This document shows positions 47,501-60,093 of a stretch of DNA of 64,000 bases, in pieces (position 1 is the first letter of the stretch; each line of letters opens with the position of its first letter). The position numbers and the translations under genes were made by a program. This stretch comes from Botryllus schlosseri (lineage: Eukaryota): contig CM119375.1 of NCBI GenBank assembly GCA_051294905.1, positions 9,920,001 through 9,984,000 on the forward strand, written 5' to 3'. The notes below the pieces were generated by a model. That model saw only the letters and a list, made by a program, of their open reading frames with translations, made no database searches and had not been told where the DNA came from.

Positions 47501-50500
47501 CAGCACCAATAATAATTTAATGTATTTCCAAGCAGAGTTGGATCAATTGTAATTTGTAATTGTAATTGAATGTAATTAATTACATTTTTCAATGTAATTG
47601 TAATGTAATTGTAATTGAAGCATTTTTATTTTGTGTAATTGTAATTGTAATTGTAATTTGACAAAAATTTTGCTCAATTACAATTTCAATTACATTAAAT
47701 TGCTATTGAGACCTGACAAGCACAACATAAAATAATTGACTTATAATGCATTCTCTTTAAATGTCGACAAGGAATTTGGTGGATCCATTCGCGGAAGCCC
47801 TTGACTGCGCCCTTGCGGGCGAAGTTTTTATTTTTATTTATACCGCTATGCTGGCCTCCGTTGCCATTGTATACAATTTTTAGATTACTAACCAACGGAT
47901 GGATTCGCAACACGTGACTCACGATTGAATACGCCGAGAAGCGAACTGCTGAGCCGGCTAAAAGCAGCAGAATTGATATTCCCATAGCTGGCGATCCAAG
48001 CGTCGAAATTTGATATGTATGGTCCTAATCGAAAGCTAATGTCGCACTGATTCCGCAATAAAAGTATATTTCCAGGCAATGGTACCATCCCAAAATAGTC
48101 GTGAAAGTCTGGGAATCGGCATTGTTCTGAACAATCGCTGGGCGTAATTGGTAATTGTTGTGGTCATGCTGCTGCAGCGCTCTCACTTTTCAGAACAGTC
48201 GGCCTTAAACGGCTATTTTGGAGCAGTTACATTGCCCTGACGAGATTTTATTTTGTATTTTCGGAATTAGTACATCAATAGCTTACGATAAAGACCAGAT
48301 GCATCAAATTTGGACGCTTGGATCGCCAGCTCTAGGACTACAAAGTTTGCTGCTTTTAGCCAGCTCTGCAGTACGTTTGTCGGTGCATTCATCCGTGACT
48401 CACATCTTGCGCATCTATCCGTGGGTTGGCAATCTACAATACGATTTCAGATCACGATGCTGCATCGTTATTTCGTCTGGCTAACTAACCAGACCACTGG
48501 GTATTATATAACGTCTTATCTGACAAAGCACGGTTTTGTTTTTACTCCTCATCCTAATTCCTACGTCCCTCGATAAAAATAATATTACTTCTTCAACTAT
48601 ATACTATATACGCAAATCCAACACGTGCATATATATTATAATACTTTTTCAACGACATACTGCACCCTATCCTTAATCCTAACCCATAGGAAATTAGGTA
48701 AATAACATTTTACATTTCCAATTACGTGAGCCATAATTACCGAGCATACAAAACACGCTTATATTACGTCACAAGGACATCTTACATAGCGTACTATGTA
48801 CGCACATAAACGCATTTATTACTACACAATCTGAACTAGACTTGAATTGTTGTTATATACGACGCTACGGTTGTCAAGGAACACGGTTGAATTTATGATT
48901 ATTCAATTACATGTTCAACAGCAGCAATTGTAATTGTAATTGTAATGTAATTGAAGCATGCAAGGAGTAATTGTAATTGTAATTGTAATTTGATATTTTT
49001 AGCATGGAGTAATTGTAATTGTAATGTAATTGAAACATTCATGAAAGTAATTGTAATTGTAATTGTAATTGAACTGAAATAATGTAATTGATCCAACTCT
49101 GTTTCCAAGTAGGCTTTATTTGACGGGACCTTGCAGACTGACATTTCTCACACATCGTGAAAATGTGATTTGTCATTGTGAATCCACTTTTTTAAATATT
49201 GGAATAAAATTGTTGTTGTACTGACATAGTTTGTCAAACTTATTAGTTATAGACAACATGCGAGAGTACCAACGCATCACGACATCGTAAAAAATGTCGC
49301 GTTATAATTCTGCAGCTAGCGGACATTTGACGTGCCACACTTATAGATAGAATATTTTAGAATTTAACAAAGATTAATCTGATATCGTATCATTGGAGGT
49401 TAGAGAGAGCAGTACAGCCTAATCCTGGTTTTGGGCATACTACTTTCCTGATAACTAGGCTATTGATCATGTCATTACCAAAGTCAAATTAAATCAGCTT
49501 TAGATTTACCTTCGAACATTGGAAGAGATCAATAATAACCAGGCCTGTTTATTTTTGGATATTGGGTTTTATTTTTGGAGATTCTCCAAAAATAAGATTT
49601 GAAAACATCCAAAAATAAGATTTTTTTGGATGATGGTTTTTTCAAGTTTTTTAGTGAAATGCACGAGAAAGAGCAGTGTAAATACTGTTGAAACAACCAG
49701 GAAACTCACAAACACACACAAAAACAGCATGTGTGAGCGGGAGGGGGTCTCCGAAACGCTAAAAGTACTTCCACACACTGGAAGGATCAGAGGCGACACG
49801 ACAAGGGTTGAAGAGGCGGCATGGTATGAAATGGTGCGAGTGTGGTGCCGGCGGGACCTTGTAACGCAGGCCAAATACCGCCACCTCTACAACAATAACT
49901 TCGTCTAACACGATGATGGGACTGAATGGTTACCTCCAACAGCAACAGGACTTGATCCAGGAAAAGAAAAGTATGTGCCCCAAGTTTGTAGACAAAGTTG
50001 GTTGTCAATTAAGAAGATGACCACTTGGTTGACTAGACACCGTGTCAAACTCCTCGGGGTTATAAACGATAAAAGTCTGGCCTGTGCATCCCTCCGCTGC
50101 AGTAGTGGATCCAACTAACCGTCCTCGAGCGCATGGCCACAGAGGTGAGCACCACCGTCAGAAAGATTCAGGGACTTGGCCATCCGATCGTTGAGCATGA
50201 GGAGTCGCCTGGTCAAACGCCTTCGAGCTCGTGCCCAGCTTAGGACTGGGACAATGACACCCGCGGCAAGGAAGTTCCTTTGGTCAGAAGACGCTAGGCT
50301 CTCAAGTTCACTGAGTCACGCAATTTCGTGGAGGATAAGAGTGTGCACTGTGCAGTCCCCGACCTTCTCGAAAATATCGACGAAGAAGAGAAGCAGTCCA
50401 CGTTCGAGGCAGCCAGGAGCCTTATAGCAGGGCTCATCGACGACATAAAGAAAATTTTGAAGTTGCTGACAATGAAAGGGTTCTGCCCTGTCTACCACAC

Positions 50501-53500
50501 CAAGTGGTGCAACCTCGTAGGCAGGACAGAAAAAACACTTCTTGCTCTTTTAGATTCTAATAATATAAACAACAGTGATACATATATGTAAGCTACTTTA
50601 TTTGCAGCTCAGTGAATTGATCGACAAACACCGGAGTGGGCTGTCGAACATGGACACCTGAGTAGCCTACATAAAGAATATCGAAGACCAATTCCAATCC
50701 ATGTCTGTCCGATACCAAATGGACGTCACTTTCAAGCGCATTATTGACGAGCGTCAGTTCTTTGGACCCACGTGGCTCGATGTTTTCCACAACTGCGACG
50801 GTCGAAGCTGATTTCTCGAAAATCAACTGGGAGAAAGGTCTCTTCCGGGCGTCACCCACTGATTTTTATTTGGAGGGCATTCTCCAGGCCAAAGACTTTG
50901 TGACGAAAGTATCAGAAAGTTAGATCAAGATCACTGATGATGTCGATGTGTTGAAGAACATGAATACATGATAATAACATACTTTCGGTGAAGTTTTCTA
51001 TGTAGTATTAGGGCTAAAAACACCTTCATTTCTTATTTTTGGAGATTCTCCAAAAATAAAATTTGAAAACATCCAAAACTAAGCTATTTTTGTTATTTTT
51101 GGAGAAATCCAAAAATAAACAGGCCTGATAATAACTCAATGTGCTACAGCAATATAAATGTTCAATCGCCGAAGAATCCATTGGTGATACAGCTGTGGAG
51201 CGTACCAGTACCCGCAGTTTACTCGCCACCTTTAATTGGCGATAATAACATGGATAAAGAGACCCAAGATGACACAGGATGTAACTAACTATGCATCAAG
51301 GGGGAAACAGAGTGCCATTGGTTGCCATACCAACCTGCTTACATAGCTAAACACGCAACGCAAGCTACGACCTTTTGATCTATCACTATTCTCCATACCA
51401 GTTTTATAGTTTGTTGCGTCCATGGTTGTCCCAAGTCACGGCGTTCCGAGTCACAAGTCCATCACTGATTGTAACGTTTGAACCGACTCAAATCGGGTCA
51501 TTTTTATTTTGTTACTACTTCAGTCCGAGTTCGAGAATTGTGCATAAGGTCGCTCTCAAGTCCAAATCATAATTTTAGGTCACGAACTACGCTGGCCAAC
51601 AAAGACAAAATTGAGTGCTAAAGATATTTAATGGTTTCTGGTTATTTGGTTTATGTTTTTTGTTGTTTGTTTCTTGCATATACATTTTATAGGCCTCCGT
51701 TAGTTTCTTTGAATTGGCTCTATTCTTTGAAATATTTATATTTTTTATCTGAAAAAGAAATCTGTAGTAACTGCCAAATGTTAACAGAAGCATCAGTAAC
51801 ATGCATATTGGAAATGTCTCTTAAACCATTGCATTACTTATTCTGGACCAGATACTCCACTATGTCTGTTTGCTATTGTAGCATCCCATTAGTTCAGAGA
51901 CAAGACATTGAAAACACTCCATTTTGAACAGCACTAGTTATTTAGCTGCAGCCTGTATATACAGTATGTTGCTCTACCGTATATCTCTACCGTTATGAGT
52001 GATTTTCTCAGCTTTCTGCAAACTGTAGTGGGGGGTGTACACTGTACAGTGTACAAGTACAGCATACAGTAAACCAGCATACAGTAAACCAGGCGATGGG
52101 AGTGTAACAGTAGAAGCATAATTCTGATAAGCTGCAATTTCTTTGTATTGTTAGCAACATGTACGATGTACGTTCAGTGTCGAGTAGGCTACTCCCTTCA
52201 GTTATCACATGATGTCAATATCTCATTTTATAGCTATGTTGCTATAGCGTAGTTCTATAGTTGTGTAAGGTGCTTTGATACCTCACTAAATGTACTTTGA
52301 GCGTAACTAAAAGTAGTGCTTGTATTTTGACGTCAGCTGTTTTGTCTACTGGTAATATCGCCTAATATTTGCTTGAGCTCCACGTGAAACATGATTCCCG
52401 TTTACAAGGCTCTCTGTGTTAACGATTGCGTGTTTAGCGATATCGCTTCAGAACTAGAAGAATGCAGTATGCACAGCACATGCTCGAAAACAGATGCAGA
52501 ATCATCAAAGTTGTAGAAAAAGAGAATTTTACCTACGTCAAAATTGGGTGTTTTTATAATTTTTTGACACTAAAATATGGAATCTCTCAAAAATAGAGGC
52601 AATTCAGAAAAGCTAATGTCATTCTTGGATTCGGCAACATGCAAATATCCTAAAACCGTTGAAACTTTCTTGGAACCAAAATGCGTGTTGAGCAGTGTTA
52701 TCAACGGACGATGTTTTACCATCATAAACAGGTAATCTAACGTAATAAATAACACTGGTCAACACATATTTTAGGCAGACAAAGTAAGAGTGGTTTTGGG
52801 GGTTCTGAAGGGTACTGATTCCGAAAATGACCTTAGTTTTTTTCAAATTGGCTCTATTTTTGGAGATAATTCATGGGAATATTTTGAGTAAAATCTCATA
52901 TTTTTGCTGTATGGACTAGATAAAAGAATCGGCTCAGTCGTACTATAAAGTTCATAAATTCAATCTACTTGTTATTTTGACACGCTGCAGACTGTTTTAA
53001 ATCCCCTTTCTGTTCCCTCTAATCAACAATATTATCAGAAAATATTTCAAGATGATTTAACTGTAAGTGAGATTTAATGCTCATGTTTGCTCCAAGGTTT
53101 CCATATGCAGATACCAATTCTCGGACCAACTGTTTGTATAGTTTGATGATTTGTGATCTTCCAAAAAGTTTTATTTACTACACCCTAGAAGGAGTTACAT
53201 GCAGTGAGCCCCTTTCTTAATATGAAATTGTAATCCTTAGGCCGTCATCGCTTCTCGTTTGATAAGGATACTATACCAACTTGGTTGGCTTTACGGAAAA
53301 TTATTCATTTACAGGTGAAGACGCTTATGGTTATTTTAGTTAAACTTTACCGGGACATACTTAATAGCTTCATTCTCCTCTTCATCTTGGTAGAATGACC
53401 AAATGGTACAGGAGGAAATATATTTCCATTGTACAAAAGTACAATTTTCATGCTTGACAAACTGCTATTTTAACAAACAAAGTTCTCGCATCGGGTCATG

Positions 53501-54898
53501 GTAATATTGATGGAATAACTGAGAACGACATGGGTGTTGGTCACTGTTCATTGAACAGTGTTCAAGTTCATCATGGTCAATTATCTATTTATGCGCAGTA
53601 TAAAATTAGAAAAATCTAAGATTTACTTCCTACCAAGTGAAATATTCAAGGGGAAATACAATGATTTAAAGCTTTTTTTCTAGAGCAGCAACGCCGATCA
53701 TCGCCCCCCAAAATCGGTATACAATCTGTAATCAGCAGCGGATTGACTAAAAAAAAGGTCATTTCTCCGACTTGACTCCAATGCCGTTTTAACGCGTCAT
53801 CGCCCCCCTATCGCCCCCTTCGCTATTTTCGCCACCTGTCGCCCCCTTTGTCCATTTTCGCCCCCCTATCGCCCCCTTCGTCATTTTCGCCCCCCTAGGC
53901 CGCCAAATCGCCCGCGTTGGGAACCACTGTCCTAGAGTCAATCTGGCAAAATGAATGTGATATTTGTAATCAGCGACCTTGAAAACTCCAGAAACGGCTT
54001 CTAGATGTTCTGCCAAAAAAAAATTCTTCATTTTGTGGACCAGTGTAATGTTCCACCGCATGGTCACTTTTGAAAGTGAAGTGCCATAGTGAAGTTTGAT
54101 GAGTGGTAGATTTTTGGAGTTTAGAGTGAAGTTTAGGTTCTTAAATCTAAAAAAGATAAATATTGACCACTACTGCAAAATCCAAAATGCCGATGAGGGC
54201 CGCACAAAATAATCGCGGCCGCTTGTTTAAAACCTCTGATATATGTTGTGCAGCCGGCGCATTATCTCGTGAGACCTCAATAAACCCAACTTATTCTTCT
54301 TTTGTGTAAATCTCACGCATCATCTAGCTGAGCCATCGACTATTTTGCATCGTACAATTATTCGATGCAACGCGGTGAGCCGTTATAAGACGGGCTTTCT
54401 GCTATTGCCTCTTGCATAGTAATATTTACAATGGCTGGTCGTCTTGACCTTGTTTTTCCTTTTTGTACAGAGAAATGTTCTGCCCATGAAAAACGGCGTT
54501 CTGCCACTATGACATTGGCACCAACTCTCTCACCCTATATGTATTCCCCTTAAATGACTTATCTCTATAACTCACCCACTAGAAAAACGAAGCCTCCGAT
54601 TGCGTACGTCCCATAAACTAGCACAATGTTGCCGTCCAAAGAATTCAATAATTCCTGGGTCCCAGAAGAATATCGGATAAATAAACCAAAACCAACCAGC
54701 AGTAGACCTGTTGCCTGTATTGAAATAATATTCCCTTAGTTAGGAACACACGTTCTTATATATGAGTGGGAACCTAACTAGTACATAGTCCCACATGAAT
54801 TTGGGTGAAATATTTTTGGTTGTTGTTTTGGGGGACTGCGTGGTTGGACCGTGTGTTTTGGTGGTTCCTGCTTCTTGGTACAAATCTTCAGGAGTCAT
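44581..54898 (-). CDS. Tetraspanin (about 254 aa, 4-Cys large extracellular loop); 7 coding exons
   Basis: Exons 54898-54779 (tentative first), 54714-54576, 47183-47131, 46964-46821, 45899-45798, 45130-45044, 44700-44581; GT-AG, phases compatible. TM1/2 ATGLLLVGFGLFIRY...VYGTYAIGGFVFLVGCCGA; TM3 NLFLVIAEIGIAIYVIV; loop QNRFNCCGY..D.W...PESC...TCYD; TM4 NLIIVASVLGLTIVLQVFEIIVSCFL. Confidence 0.92.
47533..49101. mobile_element. CAGAGTTGGATCAATT-ended element with (AATTGT)n subterminal arrays and an internal inverted repeat
   Basis: Matching TIRs; perfect TSD TTTCCAAG; internal imperfect IR 47875-48050 vs 48285-48445. Confidence 0.9.
49540..51127 (+). mobile_element. CAGGCCTG-ended hAT with decayed transposase
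   Basis: CAGGCCTGTTTATTTTTGGA ... TCCAAAAATAAACAGGCCTG; perfect TSD ATAATAAC. Confidence 0.9.
49780..50923 (+). pseudogene. Fragmented hAT transposase of a clade distinct from the Buster-type elements
   Basis: Frameshifted pieces TGRIRGDTTRVEEAA..VRVWC..DL, GYLQQQQDLIQEKKSMCPKFVD, WLSIKKMTTWLTRHRVKL and MFSTTATVEADFSKINWEKGLFRASPTDFYLEGILQAK (50780-50923, hAT dimerisation-type SxxERxFS-like motif). Confidence 0.75.
51590..54045 (-). mobile_element. Decayed Chapaev3-like (CMC superfamily) DNA transposon
   Basis: Ends CGCTGGCCAACAAA / TTTGTGGACCAGTG. Minus-strand fragments SMKIVLLYNGNIFPPVPFGHS (about 53395-53454) and KQLVRELVSAYGNLGANMSIKSHLQLNHLEIFSDNI (about 53025-53135) match the VLLHNGN and MSLKIHFLHSHLDFFP motifs I recall for Chapaev3 transposases. 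Confidence 0.7.
53686..53929. mobile_element. Family A MITE (5'-deleted) nested in the Chapaev3-like element
   Basis: Near-identical to 59577-59948; TSD TTCTAGAG / TCCTAGAG. Confidence 0.8.
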
Positions 54899-54999
54899 GA
54901 GCCAATATTAATTTCCGATATACTGATCCAATACTTTGCAAGCAATAAATATCAGAACAACTATAATGCGGATTGTCTCGAGGGGCACATAGTATAGCG

Positions 55000-56576
55000 C
55001 AGAGGTCTCAAACTCAAATGTGCTCGCGGGCCAATTTCCTAGTTTTGATGAAGCCGGGGGCCGCACCAGCAATGTTAGGGATATTCAATGTATAATCACC
55101 AAGTGGGCCTTATTTGACGGGACGGGATCAAAAAGCCTATTCTCGTGAAATCGTGTATAGGCTATAGCGCGAAGAATGTTTATCAGTTGAATAAATTAGC
55201 CCATAAAAGATTCCACTTATTGGTGGTTTGCAACATAATTTCAAGTTCTAGATAGCATGTAGGGGAAGGCCTATAATGCAACAATGCGTCTTGCACCCCC
55301 TGATGTGATGCTTCGTACCCCGAAGGGATCCACAGAACCCTGGTTAAGAACTGCTAGAATAGAAATATCCAATCACCGAATAATCCATTGGTGTTACAGC
55401 TGTGGAGCGTACCACTACCTTACTCGCCACAGGCGATAACAATGTGGATGAAGAGACCAAAGATCACCCAGGATCAGCGTTGTAATGACTCGAGTCATGA
55501 TTTTCTGATGACTCGACTTGACTCGAGTCATTTTCTCAAAATAGGGAAATGACTCGACTCGAGTCAATCTGAGTATTGACTCGACTTGGACTCGAGTCGA
55601 ACCAAGTCTTACGAGTCGGGACTCAAGGCCGACATTTCATTGTAATTTCGAATAATACTAACGTAACTACCGTATCGGTATTTTGTCCATTGGTACCATA
55701 GTACTTGAAAATGCGACCAGAAACTGCTAAAAATGAGGAAAATTGGTATCTTTTAATGCGAACCATTTGATATCACCAAAGAGAGTTATAAAAGTGGGTT
55801 TGATAAGACTTTAACGGGAAGCTGAGCAGTCAACACAATGACTTGTTCTCGGACTCGAGTCATAATACCCTGACTCGGGCTCGAACCTCTGCTCGATGAC
55901 ATGGACTAGGACTTGACTCGGTGATGAATGGAAAATGACTCGACTTGACTCGAGTCAAAAATATAAAAGTGCGATTGACTTATGACACGGATCCTTGTGA
56001 CATGCTTACAACCTGCCCAGGGTGTATAGCTAACTATACATAACGGGGGTAACTTAATGCCAATGGATTCCATGTTGACTTGATTATATAGCTACATACG
56101 CTACGTAACGCAAGTAGCGACATTTTGACATATTCGGCTACTATTTTCCATGACAGTTTAATAGTTTGTTGCATAAGTGGTCGTACCAATTAGTCAAGAC
56201 GTTCCGAGTCACAAGTCTTTCTCTGATTTTAACATTTAACAAAACTCGAGTCATTTATATTTTATAATCCAGTCAGTCCGAATTCGAGTAATTTTCCGAA
56301 ATGTTGGGGCCCCATGTCCAAATCCCAATTTTTAGTCACGAATCATCAACGGGTCGTGTTTTATCATCATGGACTAGAAATGTGACCTAATAACTGATCT
56401 TTCACCGCTTTTGAGAGTGACGTGATAGTGAAGTCTGATGGGATTTCCGGTTTTGGAGTAGTTTTAGAGTGAACTCCAAGTTCTAAAATCGGTCAAAGAT
56501 ATTGAAGCAGTTGAATAAATTGTCGAATACTTAAAAATCCAAAATGCCGTCGCGGGCCGCGTGTTTGAGACCTCTG
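55000..56576. mobile_element. Family C element just upstream of the tetraspanin
   Basis: CAGAGGTCTCAAAC ... GTTTGAGACCTCTG; TSD GTATAGCG / GATAGCG (1-nt loss). Confidence 0.8.
55475..56015. mobile_element. GACTCGAGTC-rich MITE nested in family C
   Basis: CAGCGTTGTAA ... TTACAACCTG; TSD CCCAGGAT / CCCAGGGT. Confidence 0.8.
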
Positions 56577-59576
56577 GATAGCGCATATTTTAAACAGTAT
56601 GCGAGTCTAGGACATCTGACGCGTATTCCTACCAATTTCCAATTTATTACAACATAACATATTGTGTACCGCTAGAAAACATGACTCTCGCTCACGAGAA
56701 TTGGAAAACATTGATAATAATATAGGCTATCGTTGTGTGTCATAGGAACCAGTCAGTAGTCGAATGTCTATCTTCCATGGTCTATTTCGCGTGCATAATC
56801 AGAATCAAGGCGATTGAAATCTCGAGCAACATCCGCCATACAGACATATCTGTGTTGTGATAACAGGGTACCAATTGCCTTTCGAGTACTCTCTGGGACC
56901 CTTGGAAGTTCCTTTCGAACCACTCGTTCTCTCGACTTCGCGGTTGCGTGGATTTCGAGGCTGTATTTTCGTGATCTGATTGTTTATAATTTCTCGACAG
57001 GTTCCTCCATCTTGCACCATGCGGCGCCAATGAGAAAATTGGCAGGGCCTACACCGCCGGTGTCAAACTGATCAACAAAATGTTCAGTCGACTTCGATTG
57101 TCTATGACTGGGCATTGTTAGTGGATATTGCTGTATAGTCGTGAGTAAACTGCCTGAAATATAAATGCTTTGTATCGGTAGCTACATCGAGTGGGACGAA
57201 TTTTCGTAGCTGTTCAGTGTTCAACTGTTCATCCTGTTTCAATCGAAATCAGCGATCTAATAATATTCCCGTGTTAAGATTGTAGGCGATACCTGAAGGA
57301 GTTAAAGTTCCAATATCTTATAGCCCACAGGGTGTAACGTAGTACAAAACGTAGTACAAAAACACAACGACTATAATATGTTTTTAAACTTACCAGATAC
57401 AAGATGTTGATCACCGCGTGAAGATACTTCCACAAACTGTTCATCTTCGCAAATCTTCACCTACAAGCTTAATATACAAATTGGACTGTGTTATTGGTGG
57501 CACTGCGAAGTGAGATATAGAATCGCGGCCCACTTTCATAGTATTGATAGGAAATCTACAAAATACGCACTTGGTAACACGTGTAACGAATAGTAAACAT
57601 GAACTGATTCGCAACAAAAGAATGGCGATTGTATCCGGTACACAAGACTTGAAACTCAAATGATTTTAATAGCTTGAACGGGCCAGTTTATAGAAATTGG
57701 ACGGGATTTGAAGTCGTATATGTTTATTGCTTCACAAAAATAGGAGATCTCCACACTTTTACGAGGCGTCCGAACGGGTAGTAAATGATATAGCGTTGTG
57801 TCTGAACTCTGGATAGTTGAGAGGTGCTGGAGTTCGACTAAATTTGTTCAAAAGCTTTTAATATACAAAGGGCAGACTCTAAAAATAGCAGTATACTATT
57901 ACTATACACTGTCAACATAAACTACATTCATTTACCCATATTTGCTCCACAACAGTCCGCGATTTCATCAGTTATATTTCCCCCAGTGAACCATTTCACA
58001 TAGCTGTTAGTAGCGTCCAAGTCCTTTCGTTAATAAGCACGTTGCCAAGCTAATCAGGTGTCGTATATTATCAAATGCTTCCAAACATAAACACTAACTC
58101 AATATACCGGACATGATGACGACTGGAGTATGGAATTGATATAGATATACTGACAGCTCTTTATCGATGGCATCGACGTCGGAACAGCCATCGGCTGGCG
58201 AGATGGCTTAGTATAACAAACAAGAAGCAGACAACCTGATAAGATTATTGATCTATTTTGTTAATTTCGTTATTTTCATTAAGCTGAGATCGATTCAGAT
58301 AGAGAACGGGCTACCGACGCACTAAGCTAGCAATTCCAGTACGAAACTACTGACGAATGACTACATTAAAGCCTCTGTAATCTATTCAGGTGAACGGTAA
58401 TGTATAGGATACATCGTCACGAAAGTACGATTGTTGGACTTGGAACTGGCGGCATTGATGCGCATTGCACAATCACTCTTGCAAAACAGGAGTGTAATCA
58501 AGTCCTGCGTAATTCGATTCCAGATAGTGTATTCGGCTTCGAGTCTAGTCGAAGATTTAAGCATCACCCATTTTTACCTGATCCGGGAAGCGGAATGGGG
58601 GTGTGGATGTGGATCCTGTTCCGGGATGTATATATATACTCTATAGGCTACATTACTATAAATCAGTGGTTCTCAACCGCCGGTAGTGCCACCTTGCTCA
58701 TTGCGCACTACCACCAGACGAGGCTATTGTTACTACTACGAAAACAATGCGCCGCACGAAAACATCTGACAATAGCTATACCTGGCCAGTGGCCATCCAC
58801 AAAATCAGGGCCGGAAAAGCAGTTCTTCTCTGCGCAATCGCTGATATCCTATACTTTTCCAGACATGATTCGCATTGTTTCTCGTTCGATTTTGTATTTC
58901 AATTTTCAAATTTTCCTCTGCCGATTGCATGCTCTAGATCTGTTTTCCCAGGCTCATTGCGAAATCGCCTTCAACAGCCTGATATCAGTGAAATAGTATG
59001 GGCATTGGGCAAGTACTATTCACACAAACAAACTATACCAATTTCAATCACAAGCAGAAGTGAAGATAAATTCCTTTATGCGATTAGCGTGGAGTCAGGC
59101 GTACGACGACATTCGACAAGCATGGTTCTCTGCAGGAATTCCCTTCCCGCTTTTCAAAAACGGCCCGAAGAAACAGAGATAACTAATGTCCGTTATCATT
59201 TTGAAACGAAAATGACTGCAACTGCAACATCTGCAACTGTCTATGACGAATGAAACTCGCGACACGTTGGTTGATGTTACGAGTGATCACTGAACGAGTG
59301 TGTCTGCGAGACGAATGAGTTTGTGGATATATCTTTCGCAGAATTTGACCCCCATCTATTGTGGCAGCCCACCCATTAGGGGTGTATTTGTTTATTGTTG
59401 TTGTGGTAGTGTTGTGGTAGTGTTTGGGCCGCCAAGTATCTAGTTCCGACTATGTAGATTGTAGAATGTGCACTTTGATGGACACATGAATGCATGCTTC
59501 TTGTCTAAGCAGGGTGCCGTGAGGACGTATAATAAAGCTCTCTGAAAACGATTTTCGGATCTCCTTGCATCTAGAG

Positions 59577-59948
59577 CAGTGGTTCCCAACCTTTTTCGAC
59601 TCATCGCCCTCTTTTCAAGCTCAACGCCGATCATCGCCCACCAGATTTTGTGAACCGAAAAATCGGTATACAATCTGTAGTCATCGGCGGGTTGACTAAA
59701 AAAAAAGTGAACTTTTCGGATCGTTGTCGAATTTACACTTTTGCAACCAAATGTCCGTGGGTTGACTAAAAAAAGGGCATTTCTTGAAATTGACTCCAAT
59801 ATAGCCGTTTTCACGCGTCATCGCCCCCTATCGCCCTTTTCGCTATTTTCGCCCCCTGTCGCCCCCTTTGTCCATTTTCGCCCCCTATCGCCCCCTTCGT
59901 CATTTTCGCCCCCCTAGGCCGCCAAATCGCCCACGTTGGGAACCACTG
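59577..59948. mobile_element. Family A MITE, 372 bp
   Basis: CAGTGGTTCCCAAC ... GTTGGGAACCACTG; TSD ATCTAGAG / ATCTATAG; TCGCCCCC subterminal repeats. Confidence 0.88.
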
Positions 59949-60093
59949 ATCTATAGTATCAGGAGGTCTCCCACTTCTATCTATCACATAGCTTCATATC
60001 ACCATATACATAACTAGGGAGTAAAGCTGCTTTTAAAGCAAACGGTGTTTAAAAACACTTTGTCTAACACATGTTTTAAACAATGTTTTAAAC

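Larger units (their letters stand above)
47434..54238. mobile_element. Family C element swollen to 6.8 kb by nested insertions, inside a tetraspanin intron
   Basis: CAGAGGTCTCAAAC ... GTTTAAAACCTCTG; perfect TSD ATATATGT; family C sequence resumes after each insertion. Confidence 0.88.

Noticed and set aside
59205-59246. NDCNCNICNCL, a metallothionein-like CxC run
   Set aside because: No start codon or splice acceptor, an in-frame TGA lies just upstream, and it is explained by a (CTGCAA)n simple repeat.
58400-59253. 198-aa and 168-aa + strand ORFs
   Set aside because: They run through a TATATA tract and a truncated family A TIR (about 58665), show no domain, and have random-like composition.
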